26,731 nt of DNA from Paramecium tetraurelia (taxonomy: Eukaryota). The stretch covers positions 496,001 to 522,731 of the forward strand of contig CT868241.1 of the NCBI GenBank assembly GCA_000165425.1, written 5' to 3'. Under the pieces are notes generated by a model. The model had not been told where the DNA came from, did no database searches, and saw nothing but the letters and a program-made list of their open reading frames with translations. A program made the translations under genes and the position numbers. Position 1 is the stretch's first letter, and each line of letters opens with the position of its first letter. This document shows positions 1 to 11,578 of the stretch, piece by piece.

Positions 1-2
1 AT

Positions 3-398
3 ATATATGATTGGGATGATGAAGATACATAAAGAGATAAAATCTAAATTAGAAACGATGAGAAGAACGATTTACTAAAAACAAACAAATAAAGTAGCAA
101 TACTTAATAAAGAGTGAATAAATATTAAGAAAATAAAAATTTAAATAGCAATAGCATTTATATGAGAAATTGTAGCAATATTAATAACAAATACAGTATT
201 GGAAGGACGAAAACCAATTCTATTGGATCAATAAATAAAGTAGTTGTTACTAAAACAAAATAGATTACTAACAATACAATTAATAGTTTAACTAATCAAA
301 ATACTTTGCCAAATAATAATAATAATAATTATAGTAAATTACATCAAAATTTAGCAAAATAAATAATAAAGAAGCATTCTAGTTTACATTACTAATGA
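3..398 (+). CDS. 3' end of a gene truncated by the window edge; Asn/Gln-rich tail after an IYDW motif, possibly a casein kinase 1 family C-terminus
   Basis: Frame 3 is open in the ciliate code (IYDWDDEDTQRDKIQIRNDEKND...KKHSSLHYQ) to TGA at 396-398. The CK1 guess rests only on the (F/Y)DW motif that ends CK1 catalytic domains. Confidence 0.55.
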
Positions 399-669
399 TT
401 AAATTAACTTGAATTACAACTATCTTTTATATAAAAGTTTGTTAATTATTTCATTCCATCTGAAATTCTGCAAAAGTTTAGTTATTTAACTGTTGTTGAC
501 AATAAATTAAATATAAATTTATTTCTGATTAATCAAATTAACATATGGAATTTATACTATTTAAATTATAAAGTATAATAATTAAGATCTATAAATTTTG
601 AAAAACGATACCATATAAAAATAAATTAAACAATACATATAATTAACTTAATACGTAAAATAATTTTTC

Positions 670-2013
670 ATGTTTCGGAGTATCCTTGTAATGATTTAAT
701 CTCTCTTATAGTAAATTGTTAAATACTTACAAACCTTAAATTATTATAAATAAATAAACTTTTTAAGAACAGTCCAATAAACTATGCAGAATTAGCTACA
801 ACAACTAGATGTTCCAAGAGGATAATCTTTTACATTTGATTCTAATCGACCATTTATTTATTACTATTCAGTTGCCAAACCCTTACCTGATAATATAGTT
901 GATGACTTAGTCATTTGTTGTTAAATAAGAACTTATCTAATAAAATAGTTGCCTAAGGTTTGGTTTTTAATGGCTAGTACAACAGCTCACATTTTAATAG
1001 AAAAACAGCAAAAGTTTGTCACTCCAAATTTTATTTTAGACATATTTATTTATAGTTGGCTATCAGATGGGATGGCAAACTTAAAAAAGGAATTGATGAA
1101 TAGATTAAGCAAATTGATAGTTGAAAATGAGAAATTAGAAAGACTCATTGATATTTTTACATAAGAAATGGTCTCAATTTAAGAAGAGTTTTCAAAATTT
1201 CATAAGTCAGAATACCTTCTCAATTATAATGATAGTTGTGTACAGCCATTAATAGTATTTCGAGAAAAAGGAAAAAATGAGAACTAATCCCTAATCAAGC
1301 GAATTGATGAATTAAATATTGATGACGATAGTAGAGATTCAACTTTATCATCATCATAAATCTCTTAAACAATTACCAACAAAGATATTGACCGTAGCAA
1401 ATCAGATGTTAGAGAAGTTACGGCAACACTCCAAAATAATAAGATGAGAAAATTTACAAAACAGATGGAAAAAATGACACAAAATGTTTTTACCGAATTA
1501 ATCAAGTATAATTCCCAAGATCAATAATGGCAAATAGCTAGACAATTTGTTGTTATTATTTTAGAAACTAGCGTTTAGTCTGATCATTATTTAAAAACTA
1601 TGGAAAAAGTTAGATTCATATAACCTGCTTTGCTGTTTTATAAAAAAGCTCTACAGGTTTGGATTCTGGCCAAATTTTCAGCTTAATAATCTCATTAAAC
1701 AACGAAAAATTCTTAAGAAAATAAAGTAATGAATTAAAATTATTATAGATGATATTCAGTTAATTTTTATGCAAAGCAAAAAGCTTTATGGGGAAGTATT
1801 GGAATGAAAAATTAGTCATCCCCTTGCATACAGTATTTCAAATTGCAGAATAAACCTACCCAGAGGTTTCAGTTGAAAAAAACGTTGCCGAAGTATGCAT
1901 ATTTCTTATGTTAGCAAATGAAAAAATTTTCTATTTTATTAAAAGAAAAACTTGTAGCATTATGGGACTAAAATCTTTCTCAATGCACGAAATAGCTTAT
2001 TTAACAACAATGA
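670..2013 (+). CDS. Hypothetical protein, about 420 aa
   Basis: ATG 670. The long TGA-free frame includes the ORF-track peptide 949-1164. Introns are 688-711 (24 nt, optional), 1726-1748 (23 nt) and 1893-1914 (22 nt). TGA at 2011-2013. No family recognised. Confidence 0.75.
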
Positions 2014-2723
2014 TTAATAATTAACATTTATCAAAATCTAAAATTCATTACTTTCTTCCACTCATGTTAACTTAGACTGAATATTAGACTCGATAAATAA
2101 TATCTTTTTCAAAATTTAACTACTAATTAAATCTAAATAGTTTGATATAACTTATATCTTTTCAATACCATATAAGTATTTGATGAACTAAATTTCATAA
2201 AGTATATAATTTCGATTCTTTAAATAAATCTTATAACTTAAACTTAAATCAAAATTTATGATGAAATTGAATTTCGATTTATTATTACAATTATTGTTTG
2301 CCTTTAGTTTATTTTATATACTCATATTTTTGAATTAACTGATTAATCCTAATGTTCTTCACATTCATTTAATAATTTATTTGATTCATTTACAACAAAT
2401 TATTTTTACATAAAATACTTTGCATATGTTTAGCAAGTAAATTTATTGAATAGAAGTGAAAGTTAAGATTTTTAATTCAATATTGTTTGAATGAAATATA
2501 CGAATTCCTTCATTAAGTCTTGTGATGTTTACCTGTGAAATTTCGATATCTTATGATCTGATAAAATAATGACTACATGAAAAAAAAATTGCGTTACAAA
2601 GACAAAATTAAAAGTTTATAAATGTTTTTCATCATTTGGAAACATGACTGGATGTTAATAAATAACAAATGAATAATATCTAAATAAATTTAAGTAGATA
2701 TTTTCAACAATAATTTAGGTTGA

Positions 2724-3891
2724 TCAACCATTTGGAGATTCATCTGCATTCAACCACTTTACTCTTTTTCCATTTTCCCACATTCCCTCCTTTTTTTCAC
2801 CAGTGGGTAAAGTGATCATTCCTTTTCCTTGTTATTTGCCGTTATACCAATATCCTTCATACTTTCTTCCATTTTCCCATTAGAAAATACCCATACCGTG
2901 TTTTTTGTCATCTTTGTAATCTCCATCATATCTTTTCCCATCAGCCCATTAAGTGATACCCTTTCCGTTCATCTTACTATTATTCCATTAACCTCTGTAT
3001 GATTTTCCATCTTTCCAATAATATTCTCCATAACCAGTTATATCATTTTCAACAAAATCCCCTTTGTAGTAGCTGCCATCAGCAAAAGTTAGAGTTCCTT
3101 AGCCATGTTTCTTTCCATTTTCATATCTACCCTAAAATATCATATCCATCATCTATTTACTTCATATTTTGCTCCATCTGGCCAAGCTTCCTCTCCTTGC
3201 CCATGCTATAAATCATTCTTCCAATCACCTTCATATCTAGCACCACCTAATTTAAAACAAAACTAAAAACCACTATGGATATAAACTCCACGACCATTTG
3301 CCATGTCATCCAACCATTAACCTTCATAAATATCACCATCCACATGCACTTTAATTTTATAATTTTAATCTACCTAATTTACCAAATCCATTTGCTTTGT
3401 CTTCTACCCACTCTCCTTCATAAAAACTTCTATCAGGCCAAACGTATTTCCCTTAACCATCTCTCACACCATTTTTCCATTCACCTTCATATACTCCTCC
3501 ATTTTTCATTTCAATAGCGCTCAACGTTGTTCTTGTGAACTTTCCTTTTGTTGATTAAACCAAAGAAATATATTATTCTTCTGGTTTGTTATCATCTACA
3601 TTGCCATAATAATATTTTACCATTTTCTCTTTTCATTAGTTTTGGAGAAGAACTGTCTTCTATCGAATTATTTCTTGCTCCTGCCATTTAAGCGATGTCT
3701 TCATCCTTTAAATTTGCCCCCATTTTTTCTTTTCTCTATTTATTATTTCCTTCTTATACATCAGCTTCCTAATTTTAGCATGGATCCATTTTAGCATTAG
3801 GCTTTGATTAGCTTTACTGTTTTTGATTGGTGTTGAGTTCAACTTCATCCATTCCTTTGGCTTAGCATTGACATGAGCAACCATTTCCCAT
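2724..3891 (-). CDS. MORN-repeat protein with a predicted myristoylated/palmitoylated N-terminus
   Basis: Starts MGNGCSCQCQAKGMDEVEL. Repeated MORN units such as GFGKLVHVDGDIYEGQWLDD and GRGVYIHSGGARYEGDWKND. Introns 3349-3373 and 3247-3270 restore the repeat register. Ends KWLNADESPNG-TGA. Confidence 0.9.
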
Positions 3892-4070
3892 TTGAATTGA
3901 GTAGAAAATTAATTATATAATATTAATAAATTAATTTGAGTTAATCTTACTTTGATTAAACTTTTCCTAATCTCATCGATAATTTGTTTAATTGTATCAC
4001 GCCTCATCAGTATTGCATTTTCCATATGGTTTTTTTATTAAATCTATTTTATAATTAAAATTAATAATAA

Positions 4071-4706
4071 ATGAAGTGTTCTTGTAACAATAATTTGATA
4101 ATACAATTTTTGGATGATAAACTCTACATTTAAACTTGTATTCAAATTGTATCAATTATTCATAGGTAATAATTCACAAAATTTTATCCCAAAATATCAA
4201 GGATTGCCTGAACCTATTAATGAAGGTAATGAAGAAAATAATTAAATTGTTCGGTTTATGTAATAATTTTCAAATAAGAATCTTGATTAAAATTCTTTTA
4301 AATAGATTTTTGAGTTCAATGCAAATAGTTAAAGTGTATAACATAATATAAATTGTAGCATTTTAAAATGCCAATTGATAATGATAATAATTTTAGAACT
4401 ATGAGTTCTCAATAGCCTATTATTAATTCATGCATTTGCTAACATCATTAAAAAAAATAGAAAAAATTAAAACAGAAAGCGAAATAACCACCGCCTAAAC
4501 CGACTATTGAAAAAACTCAAGAAAATTCAGATTCTAAAGCATCTCAAAAATAATCGAAAGCTCATTCTTAAGTGAATGAGGATATTCGAATTTTTGAAGA
4601 TAAAATACGATCATACACATCTGAAATTGATGAATCGAATAAAAAATCATTAAAACTTCCGCAAGAATGGATAAAAAGATTGGGAACTTAAAAGAAGAAG
4701 AAGTGA
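4071..4706 (+). CDS. Hypothetical protein, about 195 aa, with a Lys-rich C-terminus
   Basis: ATG 4071 (MKCSCNNNLIIQF). Introns 4138-4165 and 4336-4358 give a continuous frame ending LKLPQEWIKRLGTQKKKK-TGA. Confidence 0.75.
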
Positions 4707-4844
4707 AAATGATAAAAATACACAATCTTAAAAACAAATCATTTTAAAATTTACAATTACTTAATTTTTGAATTATGTATCAATTACAATATATACAAAT
4801 ATTACATACAAGATATATAAAAATATAAGTGATAAGTATAGTTA

Positions 4845-5865
4845 TCAATTAAAGTTATCTAATAATGCCAATCTTGCTTGAATTTGATTAATAAGCAAGT
4901 CGTTCAATTTTTCTTCTTTTTCAACATTTAATTTTACATTTGTTTCTTCCTCTATCTTCACAGCTTCACTATTTAACAGTTTAATAAGATCTAAAGTCTT
5001 TTGCACCCTATCCTAATTGGACAGAAGACTATCATCAACTATATTTCTCTAAATATTGTAAATTTATTACCCACTCGCTTGGTTGCACTTCTTACACCTT
5101 TTTATGGATGCTAATACCCTTAGCTTATTCTTTTTTTTTACATTTAACTTATGGAATAGGTGACAATTTCTAAATTTATTGATTCCTTAATTTAAACTTA
5201 AATTCTGTCTTTTTTTTTTCTTCAGGCTTTTCTTCTGTTTTTAGTATTTTTTCTAATTTAGTAATCAGATATTTATCAACAGATTATAATTAACTACTTT
5301 CAGAACTGGTTTTGTAGGATTATTCATGTAAAGAAATAGGTCTTGATTTTTAGATAGATAAGAATGCATCCGAAGGATCTTCATGAAATGTTTTGTTAGC
5401 TGGTCTTAAGTAAATCTCTTTTACAATTTCTGAATACTTTTATTGAGCATATTTTCTAGCTTTTATTTGTTATCTTTTTGAAAACTGTCTTTATTACTCC
5501 TCTTGTTAATCATGTAGCAATTTAATATATGTATTTGACTTTTTAAACTCCAGTTATGGAACAGATTTTTTCTTATTTTGTCTTTCGATTTCCTTAACAA
5601 TTTTATTGCTTTCATATTATTATTAATGCAATAAAATAGAACTAAAGTTGATAGGTTGGAATAGGTCTTTTTTTGATGACATCATCTATCGATGGAGTTA
5701 CTCTTACACTTATTTTAACTCATTATCCTTATTTTATATTGCAATCTGCTCTCTTCTAATTCTATCTTTTATTAAGAGAATTTTCTTGTTTTCTTCCAAT
5801 AATTATTCTTTTCTGTTATTCTCTAACTCTTCCAAAATAGATGATTTGTTTAATCTTTGTTTCAT
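4845..5865 (-). CDS. Hypothetical coiled-coil protein
   Basis: ATG 5865 (MKQRLNKSSILEELENNRKEQLLEE). K/E/Q-rich frame with a 22-nt intron at 5049-5070. Ends LNDLLINQIQARLALLDNFN-TGA. Confidence 0.8.
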
Positions 5866-5907
5866 AAATATAAATAATTATATTATAAATTATGATAATT
5901 CCGATTT

Positions 5908-7649
5908 TCATTTTTTTAGTAAAACACTTTGTATCATTCTTTTTTCTAGCATATATTTGTAGATTAATTCTTTCAAAATGGGTTTGTCAACACATTTAAA
6001 TAAATTTAAGTCCTTCACTTCAAAACCTTAAGCAGCAATATAGGCTCCGCGTGCTCCTGACTTTCCTTTTTTATACACAGACCTAAACTTTGTAATGAAT
6101 TCTGCTTTCAATGATTTGTAATAATTTTAGACTATTATTAATTAAATTTTTCTATTTATTATGAATAAATGTTTACCCATCTAAATATGGTGATTTCTTA
6201 ATTTCCTCATCCACTTAAAAGTTAATAATTGTCTTATTCATTTACTTTTTAATTTCCTTGACCTCTAAACATATTTAATGATCAATATACTTTCAATATC
6301 TTCTTTTTAAATCTGATTGTACATGACACCCCAATATTTATTCCATAACATAATTATCCTTTAAACATATGCTCCCACTTTTTTTTTGTAATTTCTATAT
6401 GAATCTATTACAGTTCTTATTAGTCTTCTAAATCTATAAGTTTTTTGGATAATTTCACCAATCTGTCCGTAGCTCTTCATAAATGAAAAACAGATAAATT
6501 CAGCTCTAGTTTTGACTGTTTTTTATTAGATTTATGCAAAAACACAAAGACTTTATAAAGTTTGAAATTTAGTCCTCAATTAAATAGTTTCTCCATGTTT
6601 AGTTAGGTATTACTTCAAATTTAGTCTTGTTCTATGTTTTTTTCTGATTATGGTAGCTTCATTCATTAAATGATTTGCCATTCCCTAAATTAATGATAAC
6701 AATATTTACAATGTATTTAACTCTAATGAGTCTACAGATGAGAATAGAAAATAGATTGGTAAACCAAATTTTTTATTGTTCTTTTAATTATGAATCTATT
6801 TAATCTCTAACATTCAATATATCTTTAATAATCTTTTTTTTCTAAGAATGCTCATATCGCTCTCTAATTAGATCTTGTTTATCTTAATCAATAATCTATT
6901 TATTCACTAAGGTTTCTTAAAATCGTTTAGCTGATTAAACTCTTTTGATCAATAACTGCTTTTTTTAAGTTTCAGGTTCGTATTGTCTTAGATTCATATT
7001 CATCAGAATTAAATCTTTTGATTATCTCCTTGATAATGCACTACTTATCCTACCTGACATAAATGCAGTCATTGGTCTCTCTTTCTCCTCCTAATCTTGC
7101 TTTTATAGCTTCTGAATTTTCATCCCATATTAAATCTTAGCATGAATTATAGATTATTATTAACTAAATATAGCCATGTACAAAAATGGAGTAGTAAAAA
7201 TATTATCTTCTCCTGGCTCAGTATATCTTAAAACTTATTTTCTCTGAAATGCCTCTTCAAAATTGAATCTATTTGGTGTCAAGGTGTGCCTCGAGATGTA
7301 AAATTTCATTTTAGCCTGATTTGTGAAAGTAAAGTCTAGGATGTTAATGCAATTCATTACTAATGATTAGAGGTTTTTTATGGCCAGCTAATGGGACTTC
7401 AAAATAATGAAATGTGCATAGTTATAGATGAATAATATTAACTAATTTAGCATCTAATTGAGCCCTTAAATCGTTGATGACATAGCCTTATTATTTTTTT
7501 ACAACTTCAGTTTAGAAATTGTATTCAAAATCCTTTTTTGATGGTATTATCTACTTAAGTTTCCTCGACTCTAATTAATTCAATAGCTCATAATTTGAAT
7601 GTATGTTGTTTTGTTATACGATAGAATTTTAAAAGTCCACTGTTTTCAT
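5908..7649 (-). CDS. Hypothetical basic protein, about 545 aa
   Basis: ATG 7649 (MKTVDFQNSIVQQ). Four 25-26 nt GTA..TAG introns (near 7336-7360, 6685-6709, 6265-6290 and 6151-6175) link one frame that ends MIQSVLLKK-TGA at 5908-5910. Confidence 0.75.
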
Positions 7650-7659
7650 TTTATTAATT

Positions 7660-8163
7660 ATGGAATAAACTAAAAAAATTCTCATTGGAGGTGGTTGTTT
7701 TTGGAAGCATGAATTGAATATGCAAAGATTAATCGGTGTAATCCATACCGAAGTTGGTTATAGTGGGGGTATTATAGATCACCCATGTTATAAATTGATA
7801 TGTACAGGATAAACAAACCATGCAGAAGTAGTATTGGTACATTATGATTAATCAATCCTTAAATTGGAAGATTTACTCTATTCATTTTTCAATTAGCATG
7901 ATCCAACTCAATTAAATAGACAAGGATTAGATGTAGGAACTCAATATCGTTCATGCGTCTTCTATTATGATGATGATGATTTATAAGTAATTCAAAAGGT
8001 TTTAGAAGATGTTAAATCGTTTAATAACGATGAAACCATTCATACTCAAGTAGCCAAAGCCTAAAATTACTGGAAAGCTGAGGAAATGCATTAAAGATAC
8101 TTATAAAAAGCAGGTTAATGTCCTGATAAAGGTTGTGAAGATATAATTATGTGTTACAATTGA
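7660..8163 (+). CDS. msrA: Peptide methionine sulfoxide reductase A, 167 aa, intronless
   Basis: GGGCFW catalytic motif, VGYSGG, TNHAEVV, HDPTQLNRQGLDVGTQYRS and YWKAEEMHQRYL are all canonical MsrA blocks. Confidence 0.97.
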
Positions 8164-8189
8164 TTAATAAATATAAATAATAATAATTT

Positions 8190-8468
8190 ATGAGGCCAAG
8201 CTTCCTCTTCATTACATTACTTAATTTAGTTTATGGGATCAACTATTCGATTAGAGGACAAAGCAATCTTTTAGATTTAGATCCTACTAATGATGATTTG
8301 TAAATCAACGAAGGATTTAGGGAAGCAGCAGATCTCATATTTGGAACCCTTTACCAATATTTACCATATATAGTATTAGCTCTCACCTTCATCTATTTTG
8401 CAAATAAATTCTTTCCAACAAGACAGCCAAAAAAAATATTGAAAAAATTGCCAATCCAAAAACGATGA
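8190..8468 (+). CDS. Small single-pass membrane protein (92 aa) with a putative signal peptide
   Basis: Hydrophobic leader MRPSFLFITLLNLVYG, hydrophobic segment YLPYIVLALTFIYFA, basic tail RQPKKILKKLPIQKR-TGA. No introns. Confidence 0.75.
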
Positions 8469-8480
8469 TTATTATTTAAT

Positions 8481-8610
8481 TGATATTAACAATATCACAC
8501 TATTTTAGGGTCTGTTTAGTCTCTTTTAAAGAACTCTCCCTTCAGCTACTCTCTTAGAAAGTATTCAAATTAGATTCATCAGAATGAAGAATTTGAAAGA
8601 GAGCAAACCT
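8481..8610. ncRNA. Candidate structured RNA or hairpin element between convergent genes
   Basis: Nested inverted repeats CTCTCT 8549-8554/AGAGAG 8598-8603, TTCAAATT 8564-8571/AATTTGAA 8590-8597 and TTCAT 8575-8579/ATGAA 8584-8588. A second stem-loop spans 8507-8541 and a third, TGATATT-aac-AATATCA, spans 8481-8497. No family recognised. Confidence 0.3.
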
Positions 8611-8649
8611 TAATAAAATTATGAAAGTTAATATTTATTTTTATCATTC

Positions 8650-10129
8650 TCATTTGTCCCTTTTTGATTTCCAATCTAGTAAGGCTTTTAAATTTTTATC
8701 ACTGTTTGCTACGAGCTTAATATAATTATCTATAAATATATTTTATTTTGTAACCCATAAATGCATTTGCTTTGGCTATGCCATAAGTAACTCTAGCCCT
8801 ATCAATCAATTTTCGACTCTTTTATTCAGGTTTTTCTGATTTAGCGCAATCAAAATGTTATTAAAAATATTCTAATGATTTAGCCGTATTTCCTTTGCTT
8901 TAATATAATTTAGCCAAATGCAATGCAGCATCAGATTATGAGTTATATAACTTTTAATCTTTAGCCAAGGCATAGTAGCTTTCCAAATGCTTTTAGGCTT
9001 CATCTACATCACCCTTCTTTAAATAGCATTAAGCTAAAGAGGAGTGTGCCTCCATCTCCTTCTATTTTGAATCCTTACAAAGTAATATGTAAATATACTT
9101 CTTTGTGTAACTATTTTACAATTTCCAAGAATTTATGATGATATTATATACTCTTTTAGATATTCTGCATTTTGAAATAAAGCCCACCAATTTTGTTGCA
9201 TATTACTCCTTCTGATTCTAAATCTCCTGCCTTTTAAGCTGCTTCTCTGCACTTATCATAATATTTTAATGATTATGCAATTTAATCGTTATCCCCCTTC
9301 TCATATTCCTAAGCCATTCTGTTGTAAATTTTAATCAATTCGGTTGACATCTATTCAACAACTGAATCCAAATTCTACAATTATTCGCATTGTTTCATGC
9401 TTTCCTCTAAAATCTATATTGCCTAATCTATCAACCCAACTTGATAATGGCATTTTGCATATCCTAGTTTGCCTTTTCCTTCAGCTTTAGCTTCCTATTA
9501 TATATACAATTTTTACCGTGTATTATCTAGATATTTAAATTACTCTTTTGTAAAAATAGGCTGCCACTATATAATCTTAGTACTCAGTAAAAAAGAATTC
9601 AGCCAAATTTAAGTACTCATTCAATGCCTGAGTTTTATCTGGATATTAGTATTTAGCATTTTCTTCGGCATTTTATAATCTCTTTTTTAAATCCAACAAG
9701 AATTCTTCATCTTAATTAATATATTTTTGATGAACTAATAAATAATGTGCAAAAAATACTTCTATGATTTGAAAAATGCTCTTCTAATGAAATTCCTGAA
9801 GGCTGATAAAATAATTTTGGGACAGTTTCATTGGTCACATAAAAAAAATCAGCATATGATTACACATATCCATTCACTTTTGGAATAATTGATAATAATT
9901 ACATAATATTTCAGCAGCAATCGATTCTTTGTTAACTTTCCCTTAAAATTCTATTCTTTCCTCTGATTAAGGATTTTATTATTGCTAATCTAGAATAGTT
10001 AAGTACTTTTTAAATTTTCTTTTGGGGATGCTTTTCCGTTGTTATCTGTTTCTAAACTTAAGCATCCGCCAATCCTTTTGCTTTGATGGGCATTTTGATG
10101 GGTTCAAATTTTTTTTCCTTTTGTTGCAT
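8650..10129 (-). CDS. TTC29: Tetratricopeptide repeat protein, TTC29-like (axonemal)
   Basis: N-terminal block EILLNGYVQSYADFFYV, TPR-like helices (LGYAKCHYQVGLIDQAIQILEE) and C-terminal ARVTYGIAKANAFM...LKALLDWK resemble TTC29 as I recall it. Several 22-26 nt introns. Confidence 0.8.
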
Positions 10130-10144
10130 TAAATATAATATTTA

Positions 10145-11539
10145 ATGGATACTAAAGTCAGTGATTCTAAATCTCCATCCAAATCAATAAAGCCAAATAT
10201 ACAGGATTACGTATCTATAGGATCTTTGGGAAGAGGAGCATATGGAGAGGTTATATTGGCATAAAAAAAAACAGATAATCAATAGGTAGCTATAAAAGTG
10301 ATTGATAAAAAATTCTTAACAAGAGTACTCATAATATAAGATTTCTTAGGAATAAAAACAATACCAAGTTTATATTGAAAGGGAAATGCTTTTATATTTG
10401 AAGCATCCAGGGGTTGTATAGTTGTATTCTACTTTTTAAAAACCTGAAAAATTATATTTTGTTATGGAATATTTAGAAGGAGGTGATTTTGCTGACTTTT
10501 TAAAATTACATAAAGGTAAAATTTGACTTATTTCTTTGAAGATTTAAGCTTCCAGACCTTATAATTTTATCTAGCCTAAATAGTTGTCATTTTAGAGTAT
10601 ATTCATTCTAAAGGAATTGCCCATAGAGATTTGAAACCAGAAAATTTAATGTTATCCAAAAATGGGCATTTAAAATTGATTGACTTTGGTACTTCAGTGG
10701 TTGTTCATGAAAATAAAGTACCAGCTGAATTTTTGTAGAAATACAAGCAAATTAAATCCTCTTTCTAGACATAAGAAGGATCTTTCATCAATAGAGCATC
10801 CTTTGTAGGAACTGCTGAATATGTCTCACCAGAAATGCTTGAAGAAGAACCTTGCGAATACGCTGTAGATTTATGGGCTTTAGGCATCATATGTTATAAA
10901 ATGTTTACAGGAGTAACACCTTTTAATGATAGTACATAATATTTAGTATTTCAAAATGTAAAAAATGCTTAATTAAAAATACCTGAAAATATACCTAAAG
11001 TGGCTGCTAATTTAATCTAATAAATTCTAGTTAGAAATCCTTAGGAGAGGTTAGGTAGTTAATCTATGGCTGATCTTAAATCACATCCTTTTTTCAAAGG
11101 AATAGAATGGGATAAATTATTTCAGATGCAAGCACCGTAACCAAAGATTGTATCAGTTAAATCTGTAGAAAAATCAATAGATCCAGATTTATAATTAGGA
11201 GGGAAAAGGAAATCAAAACTTAAATTTTATGGAGTGGTTTAATTTAAAATAGGGTGGTTTATTTATAGACCATTAGATTTAGTGCTAATTGAAGGCAAAG
11301 AATATATGAAGTTGGCATTATATGATCCAGAAACCGAGAAATGCTAATTGAAAATTAGGTTGTTGGAAGGAGTCTAAGTATATAGTCCAAGCAAAGGGTA
11401 GATGGAAATTAAAGATTAGAATAAAAAGTACAAAATCAAAGAAGTAGAACATCCAATTGATAAGTGGTTAGAAGTTATTGAGAAATGTAGAAAAAATTTG
11501 ATAAAAAAGAAGTAAAAAAAACAAGAGAAAAAATAATGA
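10145..11539 (+). CDS. PDK1: PDK1-like (3-phosphoinositide-dependent) AGC kinase with a divergent C-terminal PH-like domain
   Basis: [25 protein letters not shown] and the activation loop [16 protein letters not shown] typical of PDK1/Pkh. Introns 10325-10349 and 10516-10541. TGA at 11537-11539. Confidence 0.88.
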
Positions 11540-11578
11540 TATATACTAATAATTCATATTTTAATTTTTGAAAATTTG

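Noticed and set aside
2480..2565. C/D-box snoRNA (GTGATG ... CTGA)
   Set aside because: The C box is imperfect, the boxes are only about 40 nt apart, and there is no terminal stem or recognisable guide sequence.
8555..8590. Hammerhead ribozyme (CUGAUGA on the minus strand)
   Set aside because: There is no stem II followed by GAAA and no stem III/cleavage triplet arrangement. The CUGAUGA sits in a hairpin loop and stem.
8481..8610. SECIS element serving msrA
   Set aside because: The msrA catalytic codon is TGT, its TGA falls at the expected C-terminus, another gene intervenes, and no convincing SECIS quartet with apical AA is seen.
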